From Candidatus Eiseniibacteriota bacterium (GTDB lineage Bacteria; Eisenbacteria; RBG-16-71-46; CAVPCR01): a stretch of 64,000 bases of DNA. Positions 1 to 9,458 of this stretch are shown in pieces. Below the pieces are notes generated by a model, which searched no databases, had not been told where the DNA came from, and saw nothing but the letters and a program-made list of their open reading frames with translations. The translations under genes and the position numbers were made by a program. The first letter of the stretch is position 1, and every line of letters begins with the position of its first letter. The stretch covers positions 1,120,001-1,184,000 of the forward strand of contig CAWGMA010000001.1 in the NCBI GenBank assembly GCA_963823555.1, given 5' to 3'.

Positions 1-545
1 ATGGTCGCGGGCGGCACCTCATAGAAGCGGCGCCCTCCCTCCTCGCGGAGCAGGTGGGGGCCGGGTGGGGTGCCGGGGATCCCATAGAGGTAGGTCTTCA
101 CCGGATAGATGCTCGAGTCATAGGTGAACCCCTCGGCGAAGAGAATGTCCAGCGCCCATCGCGAACGCTCGGTGATGGTCCAGTAGGCGGCGCGAAACCC
201 CATCACCGACTCGCCGGTCACCGTCTCGAGAATGGAACGCGAGCGCCGGAGATCGGCGCGGAACTCCTCCGGGGTCTGGTCATAGACCAGACGGTGGTCC
301 CAGCCATGGCTCGCGATCTCGTGCCCACCGCGCTGGACCGCACGCACCAGGTCCGGGTGGCGCTCAGCCACCGCGCCGAGGACGAAGAAGGTGGCTCGCG
401 CCTGGTAGCGGTCGAGGAGGGCGAGCAGCCGGTGGGTGGGGGCGACAAGGCGATCTTCGAGACCGTCCCGCTCGGCCGGCGAGAGGGAGTAGACGGAGTG
501 GTACCAGTCCTCGAGATCGACGGTGAGGGCGTTCGTCGTGGTCAT
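1..545 (-). CDS. Polysaccharide deacetylase (CE4/NodB-like, exosortase/PEP-CTERM-associated type), 3'-truncated by the window edge
   Basis: Translated by hand from ATG at 545: MTTTNALTVDLEDWYH...RATFFVLG...HEIASHGWDH...GFRAAYWTI...YDSSIYP. Absent from the ORF track because no stop lies in the window. Confidence 0.85.
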   Translation of the reverse strand, partial: MTTTNALTVDLEDWYHSVYSLSPAERDGLEDRLVAPTHRLLALLDRYQARATFFVLGAVAERHPDLVRAVQRGGHEIASHGWDHRLVYDQTPEEFRADLRRSRSILETVTGESVMGFRAAYWTITERSRWALDILFAEGFTYDSSIYPVKTYLYGIPGTPPGPHLLREEGGRRFYEVPPAT

Positions 546-563
546 GAACCGGGATCCCCGCCT

Positions 564-1325
564 TCAGGCCGCGGCCTGGCGTCTCCCGGCCCGGGAGGCT
601 CTGGCCGCGCGGCTCTGCCGGCGCCAGCCGCGCGACAGCTGGGAGAGGCGGAGCACCTGCTTGAGGGCCCGCGGCACCCGCCGGTAGATGTTGACGGGGG
701 CCGGGCGGATCTCGTGCACGGCGATCGGGATCTCGACGATCCTGAGTCCCAGGTACTGGGCGCGGACGATGAGCTCGGTGACGAAGACGTCGCGATCGGT
801 CTCGCAGATCTCGACGATGTCAGCGACCGCCTGGCGGCGGAGCGCCTTGAGGCCATGCGTATCCGTACCACGGAAGCCGACCAGGATCCTGAGGAGAACG
901 TTGAAGACCTGGGTTGCGAGGCGGCGGGCGAAGGGCCGGGTGTCACGGGCGCCCCGAGCCCGCTTCGAACCGATCACGATGTCCGCGCTATCGAGCTCCG
1001 ACAGGGCGAGGCGGATGAAGGTCACATCCCAGAAATCGATCTCGAAGCAGACAAGCACATCCCCCCGCGCCACCCGCATCCCGGTCCGCAGGGCGCCCCC
1101 GTAGTTCGGTTCGTGGTAGTTGAGGATCCGGACACGCGGAACCTCCTGTGCCAGCCTGGTGCCGATGGCCGACGTCTCGTCCTTGCTGCCATTCTCGCAG
1201 ACGATGATCTCGTAGTCGTAGCCCACCGAGTCGAGTTCGCGGACCAGGGCCCGCAACGACTGCTCGAGGATCCCTTCCTCGTTGTACACCGGGATCAGGA
1301 TCGATAGCTGTGGCGGAGCGTTCAT
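564..1325 (-). CDS. Glycosyltransferase family 2 (polyprenol-phosphate glycosyltransferase, Dpm1/ArnC-like)
   Basis: LSILIPVYNEE, IIVCENGSKDET, NYGGALRTG, DIVIGSK motifs. The ATG overlaps the upstream stop (TGATG). Confidence 0.85.
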   Translation of the reverse strand: MNAPPQLSILIPVYNEEGILEQSLRALVRELDSVGYDYEIIVCENGSKDETSAIGTRLAQEVPRVRILNYHEPNYGGALRTGMRVARGDVLVCFEIDFWDVTFIRLALSELDSADIVIGSKRARGARDTRPFARRLATQVFNVLLRILVGFRGTDTHGLKALRRQAVADIVEICETDRDVFVTELIVRAQYLGLRIVEIPIAVHEIRPAPVNIYRRVPRALKQVLRLSQLSRGWRRQSRAARASRAGRRQAAA

Positions 1326-2662
1326 CACTCGACCTCGGCGCTGATGATGCGACCGGCCGCATCCTGACCGCTGTGGATCGCGTCTTCCATTGAACTGTAT
1401 TCCCATGCCCCGTACCGGCCAACACTGAAAATACCGCGGCTCTGCAGGTATCGCTGGACCGCATCCACCGCCCTTCTGCGGGCGTGGTCGTACAGGACGT
1501 AGGCGCAGGGGATCTCGAACACGGCTTCGACGCCGATGCGGTCGCCGCGCCTCAAGATCCCGATCCGCTCGAGATCCGACTTCACCTGCTTGACCACTGC
1601 GGCCTGGTCGATGGGGTGCTCTCCGGAGAATGCCACCTCAGCGGTGACCGAACTGGCGCCGGGAGGCGCGACGTGGGGCGAGGAGTTCGAGGGGAAACCA
1701 AGCCGGTAGAAGCTCCACTCCGGTTCGGGGAAGTAGACCCAGTTGTAAGGTGAAAGCTCGCGCCCCTCGATCCCGAGGTGCACTGAAAGGACTGAATTGT
1801 GCCGCAGTCGCGTCCCCGCGGCGCGGACTGCATCCGGGACCGGGCGCAAGATACTGACCAGCCGGTCGAGGGGCATGGTGCTGATGAGCGATTCGTACTC
1901 GAGGACCGATTCACGGTCGCGGAGTCGCAGCCGGCGCTTGTCAGGGTCGATGGCGATGACTTCCTCACCCAGTCGCAGCGCGCCGGCGCCGGCCGCAATC
2001 GCGCTCGGAAGCACCTGGATTCCACCCTGGATGGGGTACAGAAAGTGCGCGTTGTAGCCGAAGGGGCGGTCGCGCTTGTCGACGAGGGCGCCATCGATGA
2101 CCTCCTCGAGGCTCGGGCGCGGGACGAACCGGCCCATCCACTCGGTCGTCATGTCGCGTGGCGGGATGGTCCACAGCTTGGTGTTGTACGGGATCATGAA
2201 GTGCTTGGCAATGCCGGCGCCGAGGGTCGAGAGGATCCACTCCTCGAAGTTCTGATCAAGACTCTCGACGCTCGTCTGGCTGCCCGTCCCATCGGCTCGA
2301 GAGGCCATCGTCGCCTCGACAAAGCCGAGCACGCACTCCTTGACGACCTCGGCCGGCAGGCCATGGGTGTTGGCCTGAAATGGGTAGGGCGTGTAGATCC
2401 CGTGCGAGTAGATCCAGGCCTTGCGCGTGACCTGGTGGATGTTGTCACCGCAGAGCGACAGGATCCACTCCCGGATCTCGGGATGGCGGAAGTGCAGGAA
2501 GTGGCCTGTGTAGTCGAAGGTGTAGCCGTCGATGATCTCCGAGCGGCAGAGCCCGCCGGGGCGGTGCTCCCGCTCGAGGACAGTGACGTCATCGCGCCCC
2601 GCGCGCCGCAGGTCGTGCGCTGCGGTGAGGCCGGCCAGTCCCGCTCCGAGGATGACGATCAT
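1325..2662 (-). CDS. FAD-dependent oxidoreductase (HemY/UDP-galactopyranose-mutase-like family)
   Basis: N-terminal GAGLAG dinucleotide-binding motif, GGLCRS, FDYTGHFLH, C-terminal GRYGAWEY. Confidence 0.8.
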   Translation of the reverse strand: MIVILGAGLAGLTAAHDLRRAGRDDVTVLEREHRPGGLCRSEIIDGYTFDYTGHFLHFRHPEIREWILSLCGDNIHQVTRKAWIYSHGIYTPYPFQANTHGLPAEVVKECVLGFVEATMASRADGTGSQTSVESLDQNFEEWILSTLGAGIAKHFMIPYNTKLWTIPPRDMTTEWMGRFVPRPSLEEVIDGALVDKRDRPFGYNAHFLYPIQGGIQVLPSAIAAGAGALRLGEEVIAIDPDKRRLRLRDRESVLEYESLISTMPLDRLVSILRPVPDAVRAAGTRLRHNSVLSVHLGIEGRELSPYNWVYFPEPEWSFYRLGFPSNSSPHVAPPGASSVTAEVAFSGEHPIDQAAVVKQVKSDLERIGILRRGDRIGVEAVFEIPCAYVLYDHARRRAVDAVQRYLQSRGIFSVGRYGAWEYSSMEDAIHSGQDAAGRIISAEVE

Positions 2663-2667
2663 GTCGT

Positions 2668-4815
2668 TTACTCGGACCCGGAGCCGCCTTCTCCTGTCGC
2701 GGCGCTTTCGGGTGTCGCCGACGGCTGAGCGGCCGGGAGCGGATTGATGCGATAGAGGGACCAGATGCGATCACGCCCCGTGGTGAAGACGAGTGTCGTT
2801 TGCTCGGCGATGAACTTCTTGCGACGGGCGTTCTCCTCGACGGCCCAGCGGCTCTGGTACACCACATCGGGCCAGCCCGTGCCCATCTTCTCGAGATCCC
2901 ACTCGGGACAGATGACCAGGTATTCCGGGCGGGACTCCCGCTGGGTGACCGGATAGCGCGAGCGGTCCTTGATGTCGCGGTCCCTGTCGATCGAGAGCCA
3001 CCACGGCTTGCTCCAGCTCCACCCGGCGATGATGGCGTCGGGCTCGGTGTTCGTATCCACGAAGGCGACGAACTCGCGATAGGGAGCCCCGATCTCGATC
3101 TCACCACGGTGGATTTCGTCGATCTGGGCGAGGAGCGGGACCGCTGTCTTGCCGATCACGACCAGGGCCAGGGCGCCGAGCAGGCAGCCGCGGAGCGCCG
3201 CCATGCCCGCTGCCGGGCGCCAGCGTTCCGCCGCCTTCCAGCCGTCGACCACGAGCTTCGCCGTGAAGATCTGCAGGAAGGGCATGATGTAGAGGATGTG
3301 TTGCAGGGGCAGATCATAGCTGAAGAGGATCCACCACACGAACCACATCACCGTGAAGACCATGAGATAGAGGGGCACCGGATCGAGCCGCCGCCGCAAG
3401 AGGACGATCGCGTAGGCGATGCCGGGCAGGGTGAGAAACACCCCGAGGATCGACCAGAAGTCCATCTGGGCGAGGGTGACGAAGGGGCGGGCGATGGCGA
3501 AGAGCGACTCCACCTGTCCCTCACCGGTGGAGAAGCCGACGGCGCGCCGCATGTGCTGGTTCCACAGGCGGGAGAGGTGGGCCGTTTCGCCCTGCAGGCC
3601 GAACTGGCTCACCCGCATGATGAAGAACGCGACGGTCGACGTCAGGAGTCCGAGCAGCGGCAAGAGGTATACGCGGCTCGGGAGGCGGCGGCGAGCGAGG
3701 GCCAGGATGCCATAGGTGCCGATCGCCGCCAGGATCGAGAACAGGAAGAGCCACTTGGACTGGAACGAGAGCCCGAAGAAGATCCCGGCGATGTAGAGCT
3801 TCCAGTTGCTCGGGCGTGTAATCGCGGCGCCGAAGAAGATGAGACCCATCATGAGATAGGCGAGTGCCGGGGCCTCGCCCATCCCACCTTCCACGTATCC
3901 GCAGGCGGGTCCGTAGAAGATGTTGGCCGGGTGCAATGTGAAGAAGAGGAGGCCGAGGAGCACGGCCCCACCGCCGTAATGGCGGCGCAGCGCGCCGTAG
4001 CTCAAGAGGAGAAAGAAGACGAAGAAGGCGATCGCGACCGCGTTCGCCACCGCAAAGCGAATGCCGAACACAGCGAAAGCGATGGCGGTGGGAACCAGCA
4101 TCGCCGGTCCGGTCGTGATACGAAACGTGTCCTGGTCGAAGCCCTCGATGCTGCGCAGCGCGTACTTGCCGTAGAGGACCAGGTTCTTCGGCGGCTGCAC
4201 GTTGATGCCTTCGGCATGGAAGAGGGGTTGCACCGATCGGGCCCAGAGGGCCATGCCGATCACGAAGGCGATGAGCAGGATCAGGAAGATCGGTTCGCGG
4301 GCCCGGGAGGGGATGGCGTGGGGGAGGGCACACAGGACGACCCAGATGGCTCCCGCCACGACGCGGGCAAAGCGCCAGACGAGGGCGACCGCGGCGATGA
4401 TGACCGTTTCGAGGCCGCGGTACAGCACGATCGCCCAGTCGGCGGCGATGGCGAGTCCGAGGGCGATGAGGCCAGCGGCGAGGGAGATCGGGCGGAGCGC
4501 GGCCACCTGGCCTGCGGTTCTGGCGCTCAGTTCGCCGTCGGGGCTCAGGTTCGCCGCGACGAAGCGCACGATCGCATCGGCGCTGGCCAGGGCCCCGATG
4601 GCGACGAGCCCAGCGCCCACCACGGCGAGGCCGAGGCGTACGAGGTTGACTGGTAGTCGGGCATCCCAGGCTGAAGCGTCGGCAACAGGAGGAATCGTGC
4701 CATGTCGCACGCCGTCCCTGCTACGTGCCGTTTCCTGAGCCGCCGCGGACCCCGGCCCCCCAGTGGGCTCGTTTCGCGAAGGACTCAATGGACTCCTCGC
4801 GCCGGCATGCTGCAT
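2668..4815 (-). CDS. Multi-pass membrane glycosyltransferase, GT-C fold (ArnT/PMT-like); start uncertain
   Basis: More than 10 hydrophobic segments, ITTGP loop, MGE..A and GLSFQSKW motifs, soluble C-terminal domain. Lies with the GT2 and deacetylase genes. Confidence 0.6.
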   Translation of the reverse strand: MQHAGARSPLSPSRNEPTGGPGSAAAQETARSRDGVRHGTIPPVADASAWDARLPVNLVRLGLAVVGAGLVAIGALASADAIVRFVAANLSPDGELSARTAGQVAALRPISLAAGLIALGLAIAADWAIVLYRGLETVIIAAVALVWRFARVVAGAIWVVLCALPHAIPSRAREPIFLILLIAFVIGMALWARSVQPLFHAEGINVQPPKNLVLYGKYALRSIEGFDQDTFRITTGPAMLVPTAIAFAVFGIRFAVANAVAIAFFVFFLLLSYGALRRHYGGGAVLLGLLFFTLHPANIFYGPACGYVEGGMGEAPALAYLMMGLIFFGAAITRPSNWKLYIAGIFFGLSFQSKWLFLFSILAAIGTYGILALARRRLPSRVYLLPLLGLLTSTVAFFIMRVSQFGLQGETAHLSRLWNQHMRRAVGFSTGEGQVESLFAIARPFVTLAQMDFWSILGVFLTLPGIAYAIVLLRRRLDPVPLYLMVFTVMWFVWWILFSYDLPLQHILYIMPFLQIFTAKLVVDGWKAAERWRPAAGMAALRGCLLGALALVVIGKTAVPLLAQIDEIHRGEIEIGAPYREFVAFVDTNTEPDAIIAGWSWSKPWWLSIDRDRDIKDRSRYPVTQRESRPEYLVICPEWDLEKMGTGWPDVVYQSRWAVEENARRKKFIAEQTTLVFTTGRDRIWSLYRINPLPAAQPSATPESAATGEGGSGSE

Positions 4816-4941
4816 GACGGAGCGCCGGAAGGCGGATCCGCAGCGTCGAGGTGAGGCGGACCACGCAGCTTCGCACTCGCTGTCGCTGCCCACCCCACGT
4901 CCAGTTGGCGACCATGAGGCGGCAGGCGATCGTAGGCGGGT

Positions 4942-4970
4942 ATCTTAGCGGCCCCCCGGGCTGGCCGCAA
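4942..4970 (-). promoter_or_regulatory. Putative sigma70 promoter of the glycan-modification operon
   Basis: Minus strand reads TTGCGG-N17-TAAGAT. Confidence 0.4.
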
Positions 4971-5106
4971 GCCCCGCCAGCCGGACCCCGGCCCCTGCTT
5001 TGGCCGACGGGTCCTCTACGCAGGGGGCTTGAGTTGCGAAACGAGCCGATTTCATGCGAAAATCTATTCCTTGCCGGTCTAGGTCGACCGGCACAGGAGA
5101 CGTCTC

Positions 5107-7119
5107 ATGATGGACGGGCAATTGAACGAGCAGAAGACCAACGGCAGCATGCCCTCCCCGGATCCGGCCGATACGGCGGGCGAGACCGAGGGGCAGCCGG
5201 TGGGTGGTCCCGAATCCGCGATTGCGGGTCCGGAGGCCAGCAAGGAAGGAATCGACGCGGGAGACCCCGCGGCTGTCGCCGCTCCACCCAGCGCGACGGC
5301 TGGAAACCTCGCTGAGAGAGAGCTGCCTGCGGCGGCTGATGCGGCGATGGAAGCGACCACCAGCGTACCGGTGGAAGCGGAGGTCGAAGCGAGAGCGGGC
5401 GGTGCGGAGAACGCCTCCGGTGGCGAGCCCGAGGCTTCCGCTCCCGCCGAGCCGGTGGCGACCGCCAGCAGCGGCACACCGGAGCGGACGGAGGTGCCGA
5501 CTGCGGGCGAGGAGAAACCCGGGACGCCGGCTCAGAAGCCGGAAGCTCCAGAGGAGTCCGACGAGAGCGCGCCCTCGCCGATGGCGGAGCCGGGGTTCGC
5601 CGAACTCCTCGACAAGAGCCTGGAGCGGGTCCGTCCGGTCCGGGCGGGCGACCGGCTGCGCGCGGTGGTGCAACGCATCGAGGACCAGTGGGCGTTCCTC
5701 GATTATGGCGGACCGAGCGAAGCCCTGATCGAGACCCGCGAACTTCGCGATGCTGACGGCAACTTGAAGATCGGGGTGGGTGAACGCCTCGATGTCACCG
5801 TCTCCACTGCGGGCGATCAGGTGATCGTCAATCGCATGGTGCGGGCAAAGACTCGCGACCGGTCGGTGGTCAAGCAGGCCTTCGCCACAGTGGCCACGGT
5901 CGAGGGCAAGGTCACGGGAACCAACAAGGGTGGCTTCGACGTCCTCGTGTCCGGGTTCCGGGCCTTCTGTCCCATTTCTCAGATCGACCGCATCTACTGC
6001 ACCGATCCCCAGTCCTTCGTCGGGAAGACCCTGCCCTTCCGTATCATCGAATACAAGGAGGGTGGACGGCGGATCGTGGTGTCGCGCCGCGTACTTCTCG
6101 AGGACGAACGCAAGAAGGTGGCGGAAGAGACGCGCCGGCACCTCGCTGTGGGTGCGGAGATAGAAGGCACGGTGGTGCGGCTGCAGCCGTTCGGGGCATT
6201 CGTCGACATCGGCGGGATCGATGGCCTGGTCCATGTTTCCGAGCTTCGCCATGCCCGTGTCAGCGATCCCGCCGAGGCCGTCGCGGTGGGGCAGAGGGTC
6301 AAGGTGCGGGTGATCGGGATCGAGAAGCTGGGAGACGAGAAGAACGAGCGCATCTCTCTGTCGGCGAAGGCGCTCGAGTCAGATCCCTGGGGTGGGGTCG
6401 GTGACCAGCTCAAGGTCGGCGATATCGTCCAGGGTCGCGTCCTCCGCCTCATGAACTACGGAGCATTCGTGGAAGTGCTCCCTGGCATCGAGGGCCTGCT
6501 GCACCTGAGCGAGCTCGACAAGCGCGTTCGCCATCCGCGAGAAGCAATGAGCGAAGGCGATGCGGTCGAGGTGCGGATCCTCGAGTTCGACGCCGAGCGC
6601 AAGCGGCTATCGCTCTCGCGACGCCTCGATCCCTCCGCTGAACCGGTTGAAGCCCAACCGCTGAGCCTGGAGGCGGGGATGGCGATCGAGGGCAAGGTGT
6701 CGAACGTGAAGCCCTACGGGGTCTTCGTGCGTATCCACGAACCCAGATCAGGTGCGGATGGCCTGCTGCCGGTCGATGAAACCGGCCTCGATCGCGGCGT
6801 CGACCTGGCCCAGGCCTTTCCGGTCGGGTCCACGGTCGAGGCCGAGGTGCTTCGCATCGATGACCGTGGACGCATCCGCCTGACCAAGCGGTCGGCCGAG
6901 GAAAGGGCGCAGAAGGGCGAGCGCGAGCGCGGGCGACCACGGGGCGAGGGTGCCCGTGGTGCCGGGGAGCGTGGGGCCGAAGGCGGGCGGGGTGGCCGGC
7001 GGGACCGTGAGACCCCGGACGGCGCGGACAGCGACAACGAGCGGCGCGAGTCCAAAGTGGCAAGCGGGTTCGGCATCATGGCCAATGCCTTCAAGCGGGT
7101 GCTCGACGGACGAAGCTAG
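5107..7119 (+). CDS. rpsA: Ribosomal protein S1-like protein: 5 S1 domains, long acidic N-terminal extension, Arg/Gly-rich tail
   Basis: Repeated S1 motifs (GAFVDIGGIDGLVHVSEL, GAFVEVLPGIEGLLHLSEL). AGGAG RBS upstream. May be a paralog. Confidence 0.8.
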   Translation: MMDGQLNEQKTNGSMPSPDPADTAGETEGQPVGGPESAIAGPEASKEGIDAGDPAAVAAPPSATAGNLAERELPAAADAAMEATTSVPVEAEVEARAGGAENASGGEPEASAPAEPVATASSGTPERTEVPTAGEEKPGTPAQKPEAPEESDESAPSPMAEPGFAELLDKSLERVRPVRAGDRLRAVVQRIEDQWAFLDYGGPSEALIETRELRDADGNLKIGVGERLDVTVSTAGDQVIVNRMVRAKTRDRSVVKQAFATVATVEGKVTGTNKGGFDVLVSGFRAFCPISQIDRIYCTDPQSFVGKTLPFRIIEYKEGGRRIVVSRRVLLEDERKKVAEETRRHLAVGAEIEGTVVRLQPFGAFVDIGGIDGLVHVSELRHARVSDPAEAVAVGQRVKVRVIGIEKLGDEKNERISLSAKALESDPWGGVGDQLKVGDIVQGRVLRLMNYGAFVEVLPGIEGLLHLSELDKRVRHPREAMSEGDAVEVRILEFDAERKRLSLSRRLDPSAEPVEAQPLSLEAGMAIEGKVSNVKPYGVFVRIHEPRSGADGLLPVDETGLDRGVDLAQAFPVGSTVEAEVLRIDDRGRIRLTKRSAEERAQKGERERGRPRGEGARGAGERGAEGGRGGRRDRETPDGADSDNERRESKVASGFGIMANAFKRVLDGRS

Positions 7120-7131
7120 GCGCGCTGAGAG

Positions 7132-9003
7132 TTACTCACCCCCGGGAGGAGCCCATTCTCCCGGGGGTATTCTCTTGCCAGCTAGAAGCTCGACCGCGAC
7201 CGCGATGGCCATGAGGATGCCCGCGAGGGCCGCGTCGCGCGGCGACCTGACTGGGGCCGTGGCCAGCTCCGCCAGGCGATCCGCCGCGAAGAGATCATGG
7301 TCGGTCAGGGCCGGGCTCATGATGAGGTTCTGCCGGAGGGGAGCCAGGGGGCCGTCCAGCCAGGCCGGATAGTCGGCCAGCGGTAGCATCCCCTGGAATC
7401 CAAACCGAGAGGCCAGGCGGCCAGCCGAGCGCACAGCCGCGGCGATCGGCCACGGTGTTCCCGGAGGAGCTCCTGTGCGTTGCCATGGGATCCGGGCGAG
7501 CTCGGGATGATGCCGTACGAGGGCCTGAGCCAGCGCCCGTCCGAACCGCCGCTCGGCGAGCCGGAGCTCGGCCATCACGCCCAGGGCTGGCGCCTCCGCA
7601 TAGGGCGTGATCACGGACATGAAGTGGCGGTCGATAGCCAGCCCGGCGGCTGCCAGCCGCCCAACCCGAGTCGCGAGGAGGAACTGCCGCGCCCGGTCGG
7701 GAGCGGGACCCGGGGGCACCGCGGCCAGCGCTCGAACCAGGGCGGCTCGCGGCTGATCGGCGAGATCGGAAGCCATCCTCGGCTGGATGACAGCACTCAG
7801 CTCCCCCGGGCGCAGGATCTGGTTGAAGATCATGAACAGTCGCTCAGGGAGCGGAGGGCCGGGGAAGCTGTAGCGCGGATGCGCGAAGCTGCCGCCGAGA
7901 ACGGCGTCGCCGGCGAATCCGTTCCACTGGTGGGAGGCTCCCTGCCGCATCTCCCAGAGGATGTCCGCGCCATGGAAGTGGAGCGCAGAGACGTGGCCAT
8001 CCGTCAGCGCGGCACAGGGCTCGAGGACGCGTGCGAGGCCGTCCGGCGTCCAGGGTCTCACCTGGTGATCGACACCCACCACGGCGGCTGCACGGCGGGC
8101 AAGCCGCTCGTCGGCACACCCCGGCTGACCAAAGGTGAAGGCCCGGGGGTGGACACCCTGGGTGGCGAGGAGAGCCAGGACGAGACGGGAGTCCAGGCCG
8201 CCTGAAAGGAGGAGGGCAGGACGGTGGTCGGGAGCCAGGATTGATGAAGTGGTTTCGGCCAGGGCGGCGTGAACACGATCCGCGGCCATTGCCAGCGTTC
8301 TCCGCTGAGCCGGCTTGGATGGGACCTCGGTCCGCGTCCGCTCGACCTGAGCGGCGGTCAGCACGAAGCGCGCCCCGGGCGGCAGGGCCTCGACTCCGCG
8401 ATAGAGAGTGTGCTCCGCCAGGAGTTGCCCGAAGGTGAGCATCTCGGAAACACCGATCGGGTCGATGTCCACCGCCGGCGGGAGCTTGGCCAGCGGGAGC
8501 GCCGCGGAGCCGATCGCCACTCCCCGCGGGAGGAGCCGCATGTATAGCGGCCACGCTCCGAGCTGGTCGAGCACGAGCAGGAGACGCGATCCATCGAAGG
8601 CGATCGCCGCATGAGGGCAGGAGGTCAGGGGCCCCGATGGGCCCGGGATCTTCTCTGATCTCAGCGCAGCCAAGAGGGACCTCGCGGCCGGCAGGGCACG
8701 CCCCCCGGCCACAGCGATCGCTAGCGCGCCCTCCTCGTGGAGCAGGGCGGCCGAGCCCAGGTCCACCCCTTCATCCGCACCGGTCGCCGGCCCGGTCCCG
8801 CGGGGCGAGCGCGGCGACCGTTGCTCGGAGGAGATGACCGCAAAGGCACCTCCCGCGAAGTGCGCCCGGGCCAAGTGCTCCCATGTAGCCGACGGGCGCG
8901 AAAGAAGAACGTGCTCGAGATCCGTCGCGCTTCGCCCCGCACTCGATGGGTGATGCGGCGGGACCTCCGGTTCCCAGTGGATGACTGCGAACAGGCCAGC
9001 CAT
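7132..9003 (-). CDS. Asparagine synthase-related protein (N-type ATP-pyrophosphatase) lacking the N-terminal Cys
   Basis: LLLSGGLDSR PP-loop, DQLGAWPLY, LPPG, NGFAGDAVLGG. Begins MAGLF rather than MCG. Confidence 0.8.
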   Translation of the reverse strand: MAGLFAVIHWEPEVPPHHPSSAGRSATDLEHVLLSRPSATWEHLARAHFAGGAFAVISSEQRSPRSPRGTGPATGADEGVDLGSAALLHEEGALAIAVAGGRALPAARSLLAALRSEKIPGPSGPLTSCPHAAIAFDGSRLLLVLDQLGAWPLYMRLLPRGVAIGSAALPLAKLPPAVDIDPIGVSEMLTFGQLLAEHTLYRGVEALPPGARFVLTAAQVERTRTEVPSKPAQRRTLAMAADRVHAALAETTSSILAPDHRPALLLSGGLDSRLVLALLATQGVHPRAFTFGQPGCADERLARRAAAVVGVDHQVRPWTPDGLARVLEPCAALTDGHVSALHFHGADILWEMRQGASHQWNGFAGDAVLGGSFAHPRYSFPGPPLPERLFMIFNQILRPGELSAVIQPRMASDLADQPRAALVRALAAVPPGPAPDRARQFLLATRVGRLAAAGLAIDRHFMSVITPYAEAPALGVMAELRLAERRFGRALAQALVRHHPELARIPWQRTGAPPGTPWPIAAAVRSAGRLASRFGFQGMLPLADYPAWLDGPLAPLRQNLIMSPALTDHDLFAADRLAELATAPVRSPRDAALAGILMAIAVAVELLAGKRIPPGEWAPPGGE

Positions 9004-9290
9004 CCGGCTAATCGTCCATCTGCCGAACCGGGGTCGGCTCGGTCTCGGGCGTGATGGGGCGCGCCCTGCCTCGGCAACAAGGCAAGGACTCTCGAGTCCA
9101 TTGGCATGGGGTTTGTAGGTGGGGCGGCGCACCCTGTGACATCGGCCAACCGCATGTTGCGACGGACCTCGTCATCAGATCCGGAAGGGGGCGCCTCGGC
9201 GTCCTCGCCATAACCTCCGCTCGGGCGCAAAGACCTGTGGATGAGCGGCTTCCGGAAGGTGAAGAAAGCGGCAAACAGACAAAAAAGCCG

Positions 9291-9320
9291 TTGACACCTG
9301 CCGCGTGTGACGGATAAGTT
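9291..9320 (+). promoter_or_regulatory. sigma70 promoter of the dcw operon
   Basis: TTGACA-N18-TAAGTT with an A-rich UP-like tract (CAAACAGACAAAAAAG) just upstream. Confidence 0.65.
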
Positions 9321-9331
9321 CCCGGCGCTTG

Positions 9332-9425
9332 GTGGTGAAAAGTGGGTTTCAACAGGCACCTATTCCCATCAAGTGGGTTCACCGTCCAATATCAGACCAC
9401 TTGTTTGAGTAGTCTCCGTGGTGAA
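9332..9425 (+). promoter_or_regulatory. Probable MraZ-binding GTGG repeats
   Basis: GTGGTGAAAA-GTGGG with 10-bp period (9332, 9342), further AAGTGGGTT (9371), inverted ACCACTT (9396) and GTGGTGAA (9418), all upstream of mraZ. Confidence 0.6.
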
Positions 9426-9458
9426 CTCCTGGGGTGACTCGTCACGATCGAGGTCTCC

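Noticed and set aside
9004..9290. RNase P RNA, which often lies upstream of mraZ
   Set aside because: The GAGGAAAGUCC and other universal motifs were not seen on either strand.
7132..9458. Lasso peptide cluster suggested by the Cys-less asparagine synthase homolog
   Set aside because: No B1/B2 (PqqD or transglutaminase-like) genes and no credible precursor ORF nearby.
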